DNA of 64,000 nt from Octopus sinensis (taxonomy: Eukaryota), in the NCBI RefSeq assembly GCF_006345805.1, contig NC_043003.1, positions 39,866,001-39,930,000 of the forward strand, in the 5' to 3' direction. Position numbers and translations under genes: made by a program. Below, piece by piece: positions 11,201-24,768 of the stretch. The notes under the pieces are model-generated. The model made no database searches and was not told the origin of the DNA. It saw only the letters and a list, made by a program, of their open reading frames with translations. How positions within the stretch are numbered: the first letter of the stretch is position 1; every line of letters begins with the position of its first letter.

Positions 11201-14200
11201 TATTAAAGTTCCTTAGTAGGAAGCTTAAAAACCATTGTTTAACTGGTTTTAATTATCTAATACATGATGTCTTAGTCTCTAATACATGATGTGTTGTGCA
11301 TAAATAGTTATCAATTATTTAATTATGTCACTGAAAAATACTGTGCAAAATAATGTGCAAATTAGTTGTGCCATTAAGACAGAGTTCTAATTGGTAATAG
11401 GCAGTGGTTATTCGTTATTTCATTAAAGATTTCTGTTTTGGCTGTGCAGACTTAATCATGAGTGCAATATATATATATATATTTATAAATATTATATATT
11501 ATGGCATTTATTTCAATTAGCTATTATACTTTTTATTACAATAATTGAGAAAGTAATTATTTAATAAATAATTGAATTGAATTAAATTAAGAAAATATGA
11601 AGTACTCCGTAATAATTATTTAATAATCTTGTATAATTTTAATTTATAGATACCTTGTAAGATACTCTCCAGCTGTTTATGGTTGGCCAAGATCATCCTG
11701 CCCAGAGTGTGGTGGGACATTGATGTCTTGCTGGAATTCAGCGGCTTGATCAGGCCGACCAAGGTGGAGGACTCCACTACATGCTGTGGTAGCATGTTGT
11801 TGACAAACAGATCTACAATCCTTTTGTTGCCATAGAGTAACAGATGCCATTGCTAGCAGTTTGGGCAAATGCCTTGATAATGCTGGGCTGGCATGCTTTC
11901 TTTGTATATGACTGCAACAACTGGCTACTGGGATTGCTACCAGAAGAATCTCTGTGTTTCCCATGGGAAAGCTGGCCTTGATCTTCTCCTCAAACTAGAT
12001 GGCATGCACTTGGTGTTTCCTCTTGACATGTGACAAGTTGTAGAAGCTTGCCACTTGTCCCTTGATGAGGTTCTCCTTGGGCTGGCACATGACACACTGG
12101 AAGTACAGGATTTTGGCATTCCTCTTCTCCCTTTATGTAAGGACAAAGTAATCCCCCATGTGGGGCCATGAGTTCTGAGACTTCTGGCTCCCAACCTGAG
12201 CAATCTCTGTCTCACCCACAACTGATGCAGACTCCTCTACAGGCTCTTGATCCTTAGGTCGAACAAAAACATCTTCACCTTCCATAACAATAAGCCAGTA
12301 ACATACATTGCTGTTGCTGACACTGTAAGACTGTCTGTAATGTAACAACATCGTTAGTGAACACAACTCAAAACTGCAAAATCGACCTATCACATCTTGT
12401 CACATGTACATGTAATCAGCCAATAGCGTAGCTGATGGACTCTTTGAGACACAATCACAACAGACAAAAACAAACGTATGAATTTTGTTGGCAGACCCAA
12501 TTTTAGCGGAAACTAGCTGGTCCACTAATGGTTTCCAAAGTTTGTGAAAATGCTAATCTGCGAAACTAAAAAGTTAGCTTCGCTAATTAGCTGTTAGCAG
12601 ATTAGCGGAACCATGCCCACCACTGGTGAGAGGTTTAAATAATGAGTTACCGTAGGTTCTCTTCATAGGCAGAGAAATGAGGATGATTTGTTTTGTGAAT
12701 AACTTTCAGCAAACTATGAAACATGTGAAGGCAATTCGTTTTTATACAACATTAATACCTTCAGGTAAATGGCCCTGCTTGATCTGTAGAAAAGGTGTTG
12801 GTAGAAATTCCATAAGATGTATCCAGTGTAAGCTATGGACACATAAAAGGTGCAGTAATATCAAAGCAAGGCTAACTGGGAAGATAGTTTTTGTGTGGAA
12901 AATGCTCAGGAGCAATAAACACTGAAAATGTGCAGAAAACAGCTTCCGTCATATTCCAAGGGGTAAAAAAGTACAAGTAGTTGAGAGCTTCCGTTACCTT
13001 AGTGACCAAGTCAGTAGCGGGGTGGATGCTCTGAAAGTATAGCTGCCAGAATAAGAATAGCCTGAGCAAAGTTCATATAGCTCTTACCTCTCCTGGTGAC
13101 AAAGGGCCTCTCACTCAGAATAAAAGGTAGTCTATTACGCATGTGTAATAGTCTTGCTACATGGCAGTGAAACATGGGCCATGACTGCTGAGGATATGCG
13201 TAAACTTGCAAGGAATGAAGGCAGTATGCTCCGCTGGATGTGTAATGTCAGTGTGCATGCATGACAAAGTGTAAGTGCCCTGACAGAAAAGTTGGACATA
13301 AGAAGCATCAGATGTGGTGTGCAAGAGAGATGACTATGCTAGTATGGTCATGTGTTGTGTATGATGTGGACAGCTGTGTGAAAAAGTGTCACACCCTAGC
13401 AGTAGAGGGAACCTGTGGAAGAGGTAGACCCAAGAAGACCTAGGATGTGGTGGTGAAGCATGACCTTTGAACATTGGGCCTCACTGAAGTGATGACAACT
13501 GACTGAGATCTTTGGAGATATGCTATGCTTAAGAAGACCCAGTAAGTCAAGTAAGACCGTAACTGGGGCCTATGCCAGTGCAGCATAACCAGCCCATTTA
13601 AGAATACCCTTCGATCATTGGCCAATAAACTGCGCTTGCGAAGACCTGTTGAGGCAAGTGAATTGTTGTTGTGGCTGATGACAGTACTGCCTGATTGGCA
13701 CCCATGCCAGTGAACGTTAAAAGCACCATTCGAGTGTGATCGTTGCCAGTGCACCCGACTGACTCTCATACCGGTGGCATGTAAAAAGTACTATTCAAGT
13801 TTGGTCGATGCCAGTACCACCTGACTGGCCCTTGTGCCGGTGTCATGTAAAAAGCACCCACTACACTCTTGGAGTGGTTGGCATGTTAAGAAGGGCACCC
13901 AGCTGTAAAAACTTTGCAAGATCAGATTGGAGCCTGGTACAGCCTTCTGGCTTGCCAGCCCTCAGTCAAACCGTTCAACCCGTGCCAGCATGGAAAGCAG
14001 ACGCTAAACGATGATGATGTTGATGAAATATACATATATGTATATATATTCTTTTACTTTCTTTCTTTTACTTGTTTCAGTCATTTGACTGTGGCCATGC
14101 TGGAGCACCGCCTTTAATCGAGCAACTCGACCCGGGAATTATTCTTTTGTAAGCCCAGTACTTATTCTATCGGTCTCTTTTGCCGAACCGCTAAGTTACG

Positions 14201-17200
14201 GGGACATAAACACACCAGCATCGGTTGTCAAGCAATGCTAGGGGGACAAACACATATATATATACATATATACGACGGGCTTCTTTCAGTTTCCGTCTAC
14301 CAAATCCACTCACAAGGCTTTGGTCGGCCCGAGGCTATAGTAGAAGACACTTGCCCAAGGTGCCATGCAGTGGGACTGAACCCGGAACCATGTGGTTGGT
14401 AAACAAGCTACTTACCACACAGCCACTCCTATATCTACAGGATATAATCGATTATTTGGTAAAAGTTTTGTTAAAAAGCATCCATTTTTCTAGAAGTTAT
14501 GAGGCAACAAAATCGGTGGGGTATTAAACTTCAGTGATGCCTCTTTTCAATAAAAGTTAATGGATTTACGATTAACGAAGTTAACTTTTTGATTAACAGA
14601 GTTGATTTCAGAGGAATTTGAACTCAGAATGAATGTAAAGGTATCATGTTAATTATGTTGACTTGAACATAACGCATTAGAATTAATGTTAACAATGAGC
14701 CAACTGCAATCTGTAATTTGAAAATAATTTTTGTCTTTTTTCCTCCACTCTGACTAGCCTTCTCACAGGGAAATAAATAAATCTCATTATTTTTGTTAAA
14801 GTCAACCACATGCATATCAACAAGATTAAACTCTCAGCTACCTTCATTAACCACAGCAAAGTCCAGACCTTGTAGTAGTGAGGTGGTTTGTGCGCCTCAA
14901 TGGTCCTGAGAGCCATGTCAGCAGAACACAAGCTTTTTACGGGAGCCTAACATGATGGACATGTCAAAGGATAAAGGCCAGACTGATATGGACTGCCTCT
15001 TCCCAGAGGTAAAAAAGGGTTTGCATAGAGCCAACATTCCTACCTAGGAAAAGTAAAGTTACAGAAGCATTGATGACAATATCAAAACCAACAAGAACTG
15101 TGAGAACAAGAGAAACATTTGGCATGGTACAGCAAAAACCAAAAGGTAGAGCTGAACTGAAAAAGCAGAGATAAAACTAGAAAGAAGCAGAAAAGACAGC
15201 CCAAAGTTGAGAAAAGTGCTAAGAAGTTGTCAATGACTTACTCTCCACAGGGACTGAAAGGCTTATGTATCATTACTAACTTTCCAAGGTCTGGCCTAAT
15301 CTTTTCATTTTAAGTATCTCACTAACCAGCTTCTCCTACTTATATTAATTCAAACAATTTACACCTTACCACACAGACCATTCTTACCACTGCATATCCA
15401 AACATAATAAAGCTATCTTTCACTGCTTTCTATCAAATAAAACCTCCATCTTCAATTAAGGCAATCCTAAGTAGAAAAAGAACAGTAAAAGGCTGCTATT
15501 ACTACCAAATTATCAAAATCATGTTTACTAGTCTAGTTAACTGACTCCAATCTGGGGAAATTCCTATTCAATAACAGTAAACTCTGAAATCCCAGGAAAC
15601 TAGTGATGGCTTGTTCTAGCAACAGGTAATCAATCTGAGAGTGAAATAAGTGCATTTGTTGTGAGAAGTGTTGAATCTAATGTCCTGAAGGTACATCAAT
15701 TTGCTTGACTCCTTCTTACTCAACAAAACCATTTTATTCACCTTCAACACTAAAGAGAATTATATCTTGTTTTTTTTTTTTGCATGATGTACTATGGGCC
15801 ATTATGAAGAAATTCGACATGGAGCATAAGTTGACTCACACCATCCAACAGCTTTACAACAAGGCATCATGTGTAGTACTCACACAAGACACATTGGGGC
15901 TGCTTTTATACTGGAAACAGAAGGGCATCAGAGTTGCCTCCTTTCCCCTCATTGTCTTCAATGCCTTTTTTGAAAAGATTTTGAGTAATACTCTTGAAGA
16001 CCACATGGGCAAGGTCAGTATTGGAGTGAGACACATCAAAAACCCTAAAATTTGCAGACGATATTGATGGATCAACAGGAAAGAAGGATCAATCAGTCAC
16101 CTTCGTAGAGCCTTCATCAAGTTTGAAATGAAAATCAATGCTAAACTAAACTCATGATAAATGCTAACAGTGTCATCCCAACATGCAATTTTGTTCAGGA
16201 ACAGAGATGAGAGATAGCACAGCGGCTTGAATATCTAAGGGAAGATCTCTAATAATGAAGGGTCAAAACCAGGACTCTTCCAAGAGCTGTACAATGACTG
16301 CACTAAACAAACTCAGGCCAGTATGGAGAAATAAAAACATCACCATCAAAAAAAATAGACTTTTTCAGACTTCTGAAATGCATTGGTGTTCTCTATCATC
16401 CTGTTTGCATGCAAGACACTGACCCTTACTGCAGAGATACAGACAAAGATACAGGTACTGAAAATGTGATGCTACTCCAACATTTCAGGTATATCAGCCT
16501 GGAACCACATCACAAACAAGCAAATCTCTGAAACTAAATCATCCAGTAATCATTGGCTCTCATGAAGACTTACTCAGAATGTTGAAGTACAGAAAACTGA
16601 GGAGGTCTAGACATGTAACGAGGTATAGTGGCTTTGCAGAACCAATTCTTTTGGAAACTGTGGAGGAAAAAGAAGAGGTAGACAGGAAAAGACGGACGAC
16701 ACTGACAAATGGACAAGCTGTGGCATATGGAGAAACACTGGCATACAGCATGTCATAATGGTACCCCCTGCAACTCCATCATGAGTTGAAGCTCAAGCAG
16801 GCAACAATACCTCTTCCTTTGCCTTTTATCATTCTCATGGTCTGAAATAGATTGTATTCAGTCAGTGTGCCATTTTATGAGAGGTTGCATCTCAACCTTA
16901 CATGAATTTGGTGAGACAGCTGCATTTCCATTTTACAGACAAAATGGTGAGCAGATTACTTGGCATTGTAATTTCTTCTCAACATGGATTTTGTGAGAGG
17001 CCAACATCCTCATCCGATCAACTGAACTGACTTGTATTATTATATTTTAACAACATGAAATTAGTTAAAAAATAAGCATATGTTAAAGAAGTTGAAGGCT
17101 GCATTCCTAGTTCAGAAAGTTGCAGATGATCTCTGATAGCATTTACATTGTTGTTTCATTCTTTCTTTCTTTATTTTTTTGTGATACAGCCATTGCGTAA

Positions 17201-17893
17201 GTTAGAGGGAGGGCAGCTTGTTAATAAATGCATTTTAATAAAGCAAAAAGAGCAAGAAAAGAAAAGAATGGTGTGTGTGTATCACATCATCATTTAACCA
17301 TCTATTTTCCATGCTGGTATAGGTTGGACAGTTTGACAGGGTCTCTATCAAGCTCCGGTGTCAGCTTCAGTATGGTTTCTATGGATGTCCTTCCTAACAC
17401 CAACCACTTTATAGCATGTACTGAGTGCTAGGAGAAGGAAAACGAAAATGTCCCCTTAACTAAGTGGGGCGGGAGATGGTTGAACACATGATGCTGTGGG
17501 GCTATATATATACACAAGGTAGTATCAGAAAGTTCTTGGACTAGTTCTATAGTGTGCCAACAGATGGCAGCACACTGTTGCGTGCGCAGTGAGAGCTAGC
17601 AGTGACCTTCATGAAGCAGTGTGTCAATTGACGCCGCTGTGTTTACTTCGCCAGTTGTGAAATTTGTGTTTTTGTGATTACATGTATGCTGCAGTCTGCA
17701 ATTTTGTCATAGACAGGAAGTTGGAACAAAGAGCCAATGTGAAATTTTGGGTTAAACTTGGGAAGTCTGCTACAGAGACATAGAGCACTCTCTGGCAAGC
17801 TTATGGTGATGAGGCGATGGGTCATACACAATGTTTCAAGTGGCACAGTATGTATGTATGTATATATATATATGTATCACTATATAGAATGTA

Positions 17894-17960
<67 letters not shown>

Positions 17961-17980
17961 TATATATATATGTATGTATG

Positions 17981-18021
<41 letters not shown>

Positions 18022-18039
18022 CACTATATAGTATGTATG

Positions 18040-18081
<42 letters not shown>

Positions 18082-18967
18082 ATATGTATCACTATATAGT
18101 ATGTAAGTGTGTGCATATATATATATACATACATATGTATGAGGTGGTATGGAAAAGTTCTTGGACTAGCTATGTTTAATGAAAAAGAACCGATTTACCT
18201 AAGCTTTAGCATCATCTCCTTTGAAATAGTCACCCTGCACAGCTATATATCAGTTCCAGCATTCCTACCACTTTTGGAATCCAGCCTGGAAGTTGTTTTC
18301 CATAAGCAAGTCAAAGACCTTCTGCAATTCACTCTGGATCTCAACAACGATGTTAAAATGGCGACCTTTGTACTGCCTTTCCATTTTGCAGGTGCTAAAT
18401 CTGGTGAGTAGGGTGGATGCAGAAGCAGTACTGTGTTGTTTTTGACAAGAAACTCATGAGTGAGGAGAGCTCGGTGAAGAATCCAATTCTTCGTGCTCCA
18501 CAGATCTGGTCACTTTCACCGAATGTCCTCCTTTAAATTCTTCAAAACATCACAGCAGAACTCATGATTGACAGTCTGGCCCTAGGGGATGAATTCTTGA
18601 TGCACAATAAAGGTGTAGGAGTGGCTGTGTGGTAAGTAGCTTGCTTACGAATCACATGCAAGTGCTTTCAACTATAGCCTCAGGCCGACCAAAGCCTTGT
18701 GAGTGAATTTGGTAGACAGAAACTGTATATATATATATATATATATTTTTTACTACCCACAAGGGGCTAAACACAGTGGGGACAAACAAGGACAGACAAA
18801 TGAATTAAGTCGATTATATCGACCCCAGTGCGTAACTGGTACTTAATTTATCGACCCCGAAAGGATGAAAGGCAAAGTCGACCTTGGCGGAATTTGAACT
18901 CGGAACGTAACGACAGACGAAATACAGCTACGAATTTCGCCCGGCGTGCTAACGTTTCTGCCAGCTC

Positions 18968-19015
<48 letters not shown>

Positions 19016-22000
19016 GTGTGTATATGTTTGTGTGTCTGTGTTTGTCCCCCCCAACATCGCTTGGCAACCGATGCTGGTGTGTTTACGCCCCCGTAACAAA
19101 AGGGACCGATAGTATAAGTACTAGGCTTACAAAGAATAAATCCTGGGGTTGATTTGCTTGACTAAAGGCGATGCTCCAGCATGGCCACAGTCAAATGACT
19201 GAAACAAGTAAAAGAGTTAAAAGACTAATACTGCTAATGTCGAAAGAAACAATGAGCTTGCTTTTAATTGAGCTGTGGCTCCATCATGCCTTTTTGGCCG
19301 TTGTCGAGATGAAGAGCTCTTCCATTGTGACGACTGCTGCTTCATCTCAGGGAGGCATACCTACCTGTAGACCCAACTCTCGTGACCGGTCATGATCCTT
19401 GACATGAAGGATGGGTCATCAGCAGCACACTGATGGAGACTTTGACAGACTTCAATGCAATGTTCTTTCTGTTCAGTGGTCAGCAGGTGGAGTACAAACA
19501 TGGCAAAAACATGCCGCATGTTCAATTCAGACATTAGGATGATACATATATATATATATACACACACATACATACTACATAGTGATACATATATATATAC
19601 AGAGGTGGGCACCGTTAGGATCAATAAAATAAAGTAACAGTCAAGTACTGTGCTTGATGTCTAAACTCTACTCCCTTTGCTTTTGCTACGAATCATCATC
19701 ATCATCATCATCATCATTGTTGGACAAAATGCTTAGCAGCATTTCATTGGTCTTTATGTTCTGACTTTCAGATTCCATTGAAGTCAACTTTGTTTATCAT
19801 CCGTTTGATGGGATCAATAAAATAAGTACCAGTTGCACACTGGGGTCAATGTAACCAACTTATACTCTTCCCTGAAACTGCTGACCTTGTACCAAAATTT
19901 GAAATCATTATTAATCCTTTTGGGGGTCGATAAATGAAGTACCAGTGAAACATTGGGGTGGGGAGGTGATGTAATCAACTTAATCCCCTTCCCCAAGCTG
20001 TCCTTGTGGCAAAAACTTGAAATCATTATCATTATTGTTATTATTGGAAATATGCTGTACGTGAGAAGACCAGGCAGGACAAGTGAGCCCAGCCCACTTA
20101 TGCATGCCTTTCCTCCCTTGGACACAAAGACCTGTTGAGGCAAGTGAAGTCGATATAGAACCTCATCCGACGACAGGCACCCATGTCAACCCCCTTTGCT
20201 TGCGAAGACATGTTGGGGCAAGCGAAATCGAAATCGAATTGAACCAGCCAGGACCCCTGCTCTGGTGGTACGTAAAAAGCACTATCCAACTCGTGGCCGA
20301 TGCCAGCGCCGCCTCGACTGGCTTCCGTGCCGGTGGCACGTAAAATGCACCAATCCGACCGTGGCCGTTGCCAGCCTCGCCTGGCACCTTGCAGGTGGCA
20401 CGTAAAAAGCACCCACTACACTCACGGAGTGGTTGGCGTTAGGAAGGGCATCCAGCTGTAGAAACATTGCCAGATAAGACTGGAGCCTGGTGCAGCCTTC
20501 TGGCTTCCCAGATCCCTGGTCGAACCGTCCAACCCATGCTAGCATGGAGAACGGACGTTAAACGATGATGATGATGATGATGATTATTATTACCTCTGCC
20601 TTAGTAAAGGCAGGGGTATTGTTTCCAGTCATGTCTGTTTGTTTATTTGTCCATGGACAAGATATCTCAAGAACCGTTGGATGGATTTGGATGAAACTTT
20701 CAGGGGTATTTGGCCTCATGACTGGCACAAACCGATTAGATTTTGGGATTGATCTGTTACTGGACAAGGATTCTGGATTATTTTTCTGTAATTTTTACTT
20801 AATTTTTGAAAGCAGTCGGGTTCATTTTTAGTATTCTTGTTTATGAGAGCAGTTGTTTATTTCAGATATTCTCTGAGTGCTCTTGTTGTTGTTGTTATTA
20901 TTATTATTATACGTGACTACACATTTCTGTTTTAATGGTATGTGTAGCAATGTTATTGGTGGTGACTGTTGACTAATGGAAGTGGATAGATTTGTCGGTT
21001 GCCTCTGAATGTGACATCTGTCACTTTCATATGTGACCATCAGTCTAGCTGCATGCATTGTTGAATTTCAGTCACTGCCAACAGCATTGCTACATGTGCC
21101 ATTTCAACAGAAATGTGTAAAGTCACGTGGTAGTCTCGTAATAGTACTAACTATCATGAAATGATAGTCACCACATTCTCACCACCACCACCATTACCAA
21201 CCTCAATTGTGTCATTATTAGATTATTTGCTTATTTCTTTCTATTATAACAGTATGAGTGTGTGAGTGAGAATGAGAGAGAGAGATCAATAGCATACTGA
21301 AAGAGAAAAAAAAGCAGTAGAGATCAATACATAGTGAGAAACAGAGACAGTAAAAAGTAGACTACACAGATATACATTGTATTTGTCTCAGGCCTTTCAT
21401 TGATCACTGGTCTTTATAGCCTTTTTATTCTGTCTGTATGTCTCCTCTCTCTCTCTCTCTCCTTAAATGCCATCTGCTCTTTTCAGACATTCTCTGTCAA
21501 TGACCAGATGATTACATTTATTCTTTCACTATCTCTTTGTCACTCCTTCTCTTTCTTTTCCTTCCCTACTTTTCTGCCTACTTCACTTTTCTTTTTTTTT
21601 ACAGACTTTCTCTCCTTGCCATGCTTTTCTCATACTTCTCATTGTCTCACCCTCCCTTCCTCTTCCTTGACCACACTACCCTCATTCTCTCCTCCCCCCA
21701 CCCTAATTTCAAGATCTTTCCCTATTTCTCACTTGTCTCTATTAACCTTCTCCTTATCTTGCTGTCCCTTCTTGCTGTCCTTCACCTTGTTTAATCCGCA
21801 CCCACCTCTTTCTCATTCACTCCCACCTCATTACATGCACTCTCTTCTTTTACATCCCTCACATGATCACCTCTCTCCCCTTATCCTACACCCCTTTCCT
21901 TTTGTTTCTGATTTCTCTTTTTCTCTCCAATTATCAAGTTATTACCTACTCCTTCCCACACTCCTTCTCACACTCATATCCCTCTCATATCCCTCTCTAT

Positions 22001-22591
22001 TATATATTCTTCACCTGGTTTCCTCCTTCTTACCTTCTCCACTTCAGTCAGAAACTAGAAATGGCCTGAAGGAAAGGCCCAGAAATAGCTTATATCCCTC
22101 TGCACACTGTTCAGTTTTGACTCTGTTAATCCATTCCCTAGAAACATGATTCTAATTGCCCATTTCATGACATATTTGATGTCTGCTATTGTCTTACATT
22201 TTCTGTTTTTTATCTTTACAGGTGCTTTAGGTGATAATGTGGAAGAACATCTAGAAATGGGTAAAACCCTTCTGGCACAGGGGAAACTAACTGATGCCTT
22301 ATCACACTATCATGCTGCAGTAGGTATGTATTTGTGTGTGTGTTTGTGTGAAGGTGCATAGCTTAGTGGTTAGGGTGTTGGACTCATGATTGTAAACTTG
22401 TGGTTTCGATTCCTAGACCAGGCGACACATTGTGTTCTTGAACAAAACACTTCATTTCAATTTGCTCAAGTTCACTCAACTGGCTAAAATGAGTAATCCT
22501 GCAATGGATGGGTGTCCCATTCAGGTGGGAAATATATACGCCATGAAACTGGCCCTTATGAGTTGGTATAACTTGAGAAGATAACTTTACC

Positions 22592-22626
<35 letters not shown>

Positions 22627-24735
22627 TATAGTTATTAAAGTTTTTACAGGAAGAGAAGTGACAGTAACTTTGAAGTCTGTGTTATCTCTCCAAATCCTTC
22701 ATCATATTGCTGATGAAGGCTATATTTATATTCTTTTTTTTGTTTCAGTCATTAGACTGTGGCCATGCTGGAGCACTGCTAGTATACCAAAAACTTTGAA
22801 GTCACTGTAGCTCTTCTTGTAAAAGTTTGATAAACATGTACGCTTCTAAAAAGTATTGACTAGTTGAGTAATTTTACATTTTAATGTTGAATTGTTTATA
22901 TAACTTGACATTGAAACAAACATCAATATATATGTGTGTATATCATCATCATCATTTAACATTCATTTCCATGCTGGCATGGGTTGGATGGTTTGACAGG
23001 AGCTGGCCAACCGGAGGACTGTCCAGGCTCCAGTTGTCTCTTTTGGCATAGTTTCTATGGCTGGATGCCCTTGCTAATGCCAACTACTATACAGTGTGTA
23101 CTGGGCGCTTTTTTTATGTGCCACCAGCATGAGTGCACTGTCACATGGCACTGGCATGAGTGCGTTTTACATGGCACCAACATGAGTACATTTTACATGG
23201 TAAGTCAGAAATGGAGAGTCAGTTTGAGCAATCTAATTTCTAAATGTGGCGCTTTCAGGCCTATAGTAGGAAAAGACCAGGCCATGTTTCATTCATCCAT
23301 TTCTGATGATTGCTGGATTTGCCTCTCCATTTGTCATGAAACCTTTTGGTAATTTGGCTATCATGATACTATAATATTTTGTGTGTGCGTTTACACATGA
23401 AAAGGAAAATGTACTTCATACATAAAGTAAAATATTTCTATGTTTAGAAGCTGAAGCGTCTTGGATCATTACTTTGCGTTTCATGTTACCAGTTATTCAG
23501 ATTATTGATGAAGGGAAGCAGCTTGACATTATACAAGTGAAAATATTTGTAAACACATCATAATATGATTATTCAATGAGATTGATCAGCTGCCAAAAAT
23601 ACCATTAGAAAATGTAACCTATATATGTCTATTCAGTTGTCATATGTAGAATATGTGATCTAATCGTTTATTTGCTTGCAAAAGCAAAATATTTTCATGT
23701 CTTCTGTAAAACACAAAGGCAAGGAAAGCAACTAATGCTAATGTAGTTTAAGTTTTAATGAAAAACTGTATGTGTTTTCCTCTTTCTTGCAGATCTATTT
23801 TTTTTAAAGAATAAGCTATTTTGCTAATTGATAGTTGGAATTTTTGCCGAATTCTACTTCATGCATGCCATATAATTCCTCATGACTTTTCTATTTTTTG
23901 GAATTTTCAGAAAATTTTTGCAAATTTGTATTCTACACATGAGAATTTACATGACTTATGGAAAAAGAAATTAAAAAAAATTTTTTTTAATTTATTTCAA
24001 AAAAAAATTTTGGTTAACCTCGGCAGAATTTGAACTCAGAACGTAATGGCAGATGAAATACCGCTAAGCATTTCGTGTGGCGTGCTAATGTTTCTACCGC
24101 CGTTTATTGCTTTCTTTTTAGGGTGATTTTAATTTTTAACAATTATTTTTCCAAAGTAGCATGGAAATATGGATGTAATAAAAGTAGACCTTTTCACTGA
24201 TGTTAAAAAGAAAAAGAAAAGTGGGGTGGAAATGGTTTTATTCTATAGCTTTTTACCACTAAATATATATATTTTTTTCTGTTTCCAGAGGGTGACCCAT
24301 CCAACTATTTAACTTATTACAAAAGAGCTACAGTGTTCTTAGCATTGGGTAAATCTCGGTCTGCTCAACCAGACTTGGATAGAGTTTTGGAACTGAAACC
24401 AAATTTTAATGCTGTAAGTTGTTTATTTTAACATTTGGCTTGCATAATTCACTCATTGTGTTCTTGATATTTTGTTTGATGTTGTCAATGTACATGGCAT
24501 GGTAGGAGATGGAATAAACAATGATAATAATTCTTTCTACTATAGGGACAGAGGCTGAAATTTGGTGGGATGGGGCTAGTCAATTACATCGACTCTAGTA
24601 CTTGATTGGTGCTTAATTTAATGACCCCGAAAGAATGAAAAGCAAAGTTGACCATGGCAGAATTTGAACTCGGAGCATAAAGTTGGAAGAAATGCTACTA
24701 AGCATCTTGTCCAGTGTGGTAACAATTCTGCCAGC

Positions 24736-24768
<33 letters not shown>

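Noticed and set aside
17758-19099. Many ORFs made of IYIY/CVCV/HTHT runs (also 37395-37613, 55164-55467, 58362-58836, 63016-63514)
   Set aside because: These are read-throughs of (TA)n, (CA)n and (TG)n microsatellites.
21400-22149. Longest ORF in the track (249 aa, L/S/F/P-rich)
   Set aside because: It is the translation of a pyrimidine-rich low-complexity tract in intron 1 just before exon 2, with no domain-like sequence.
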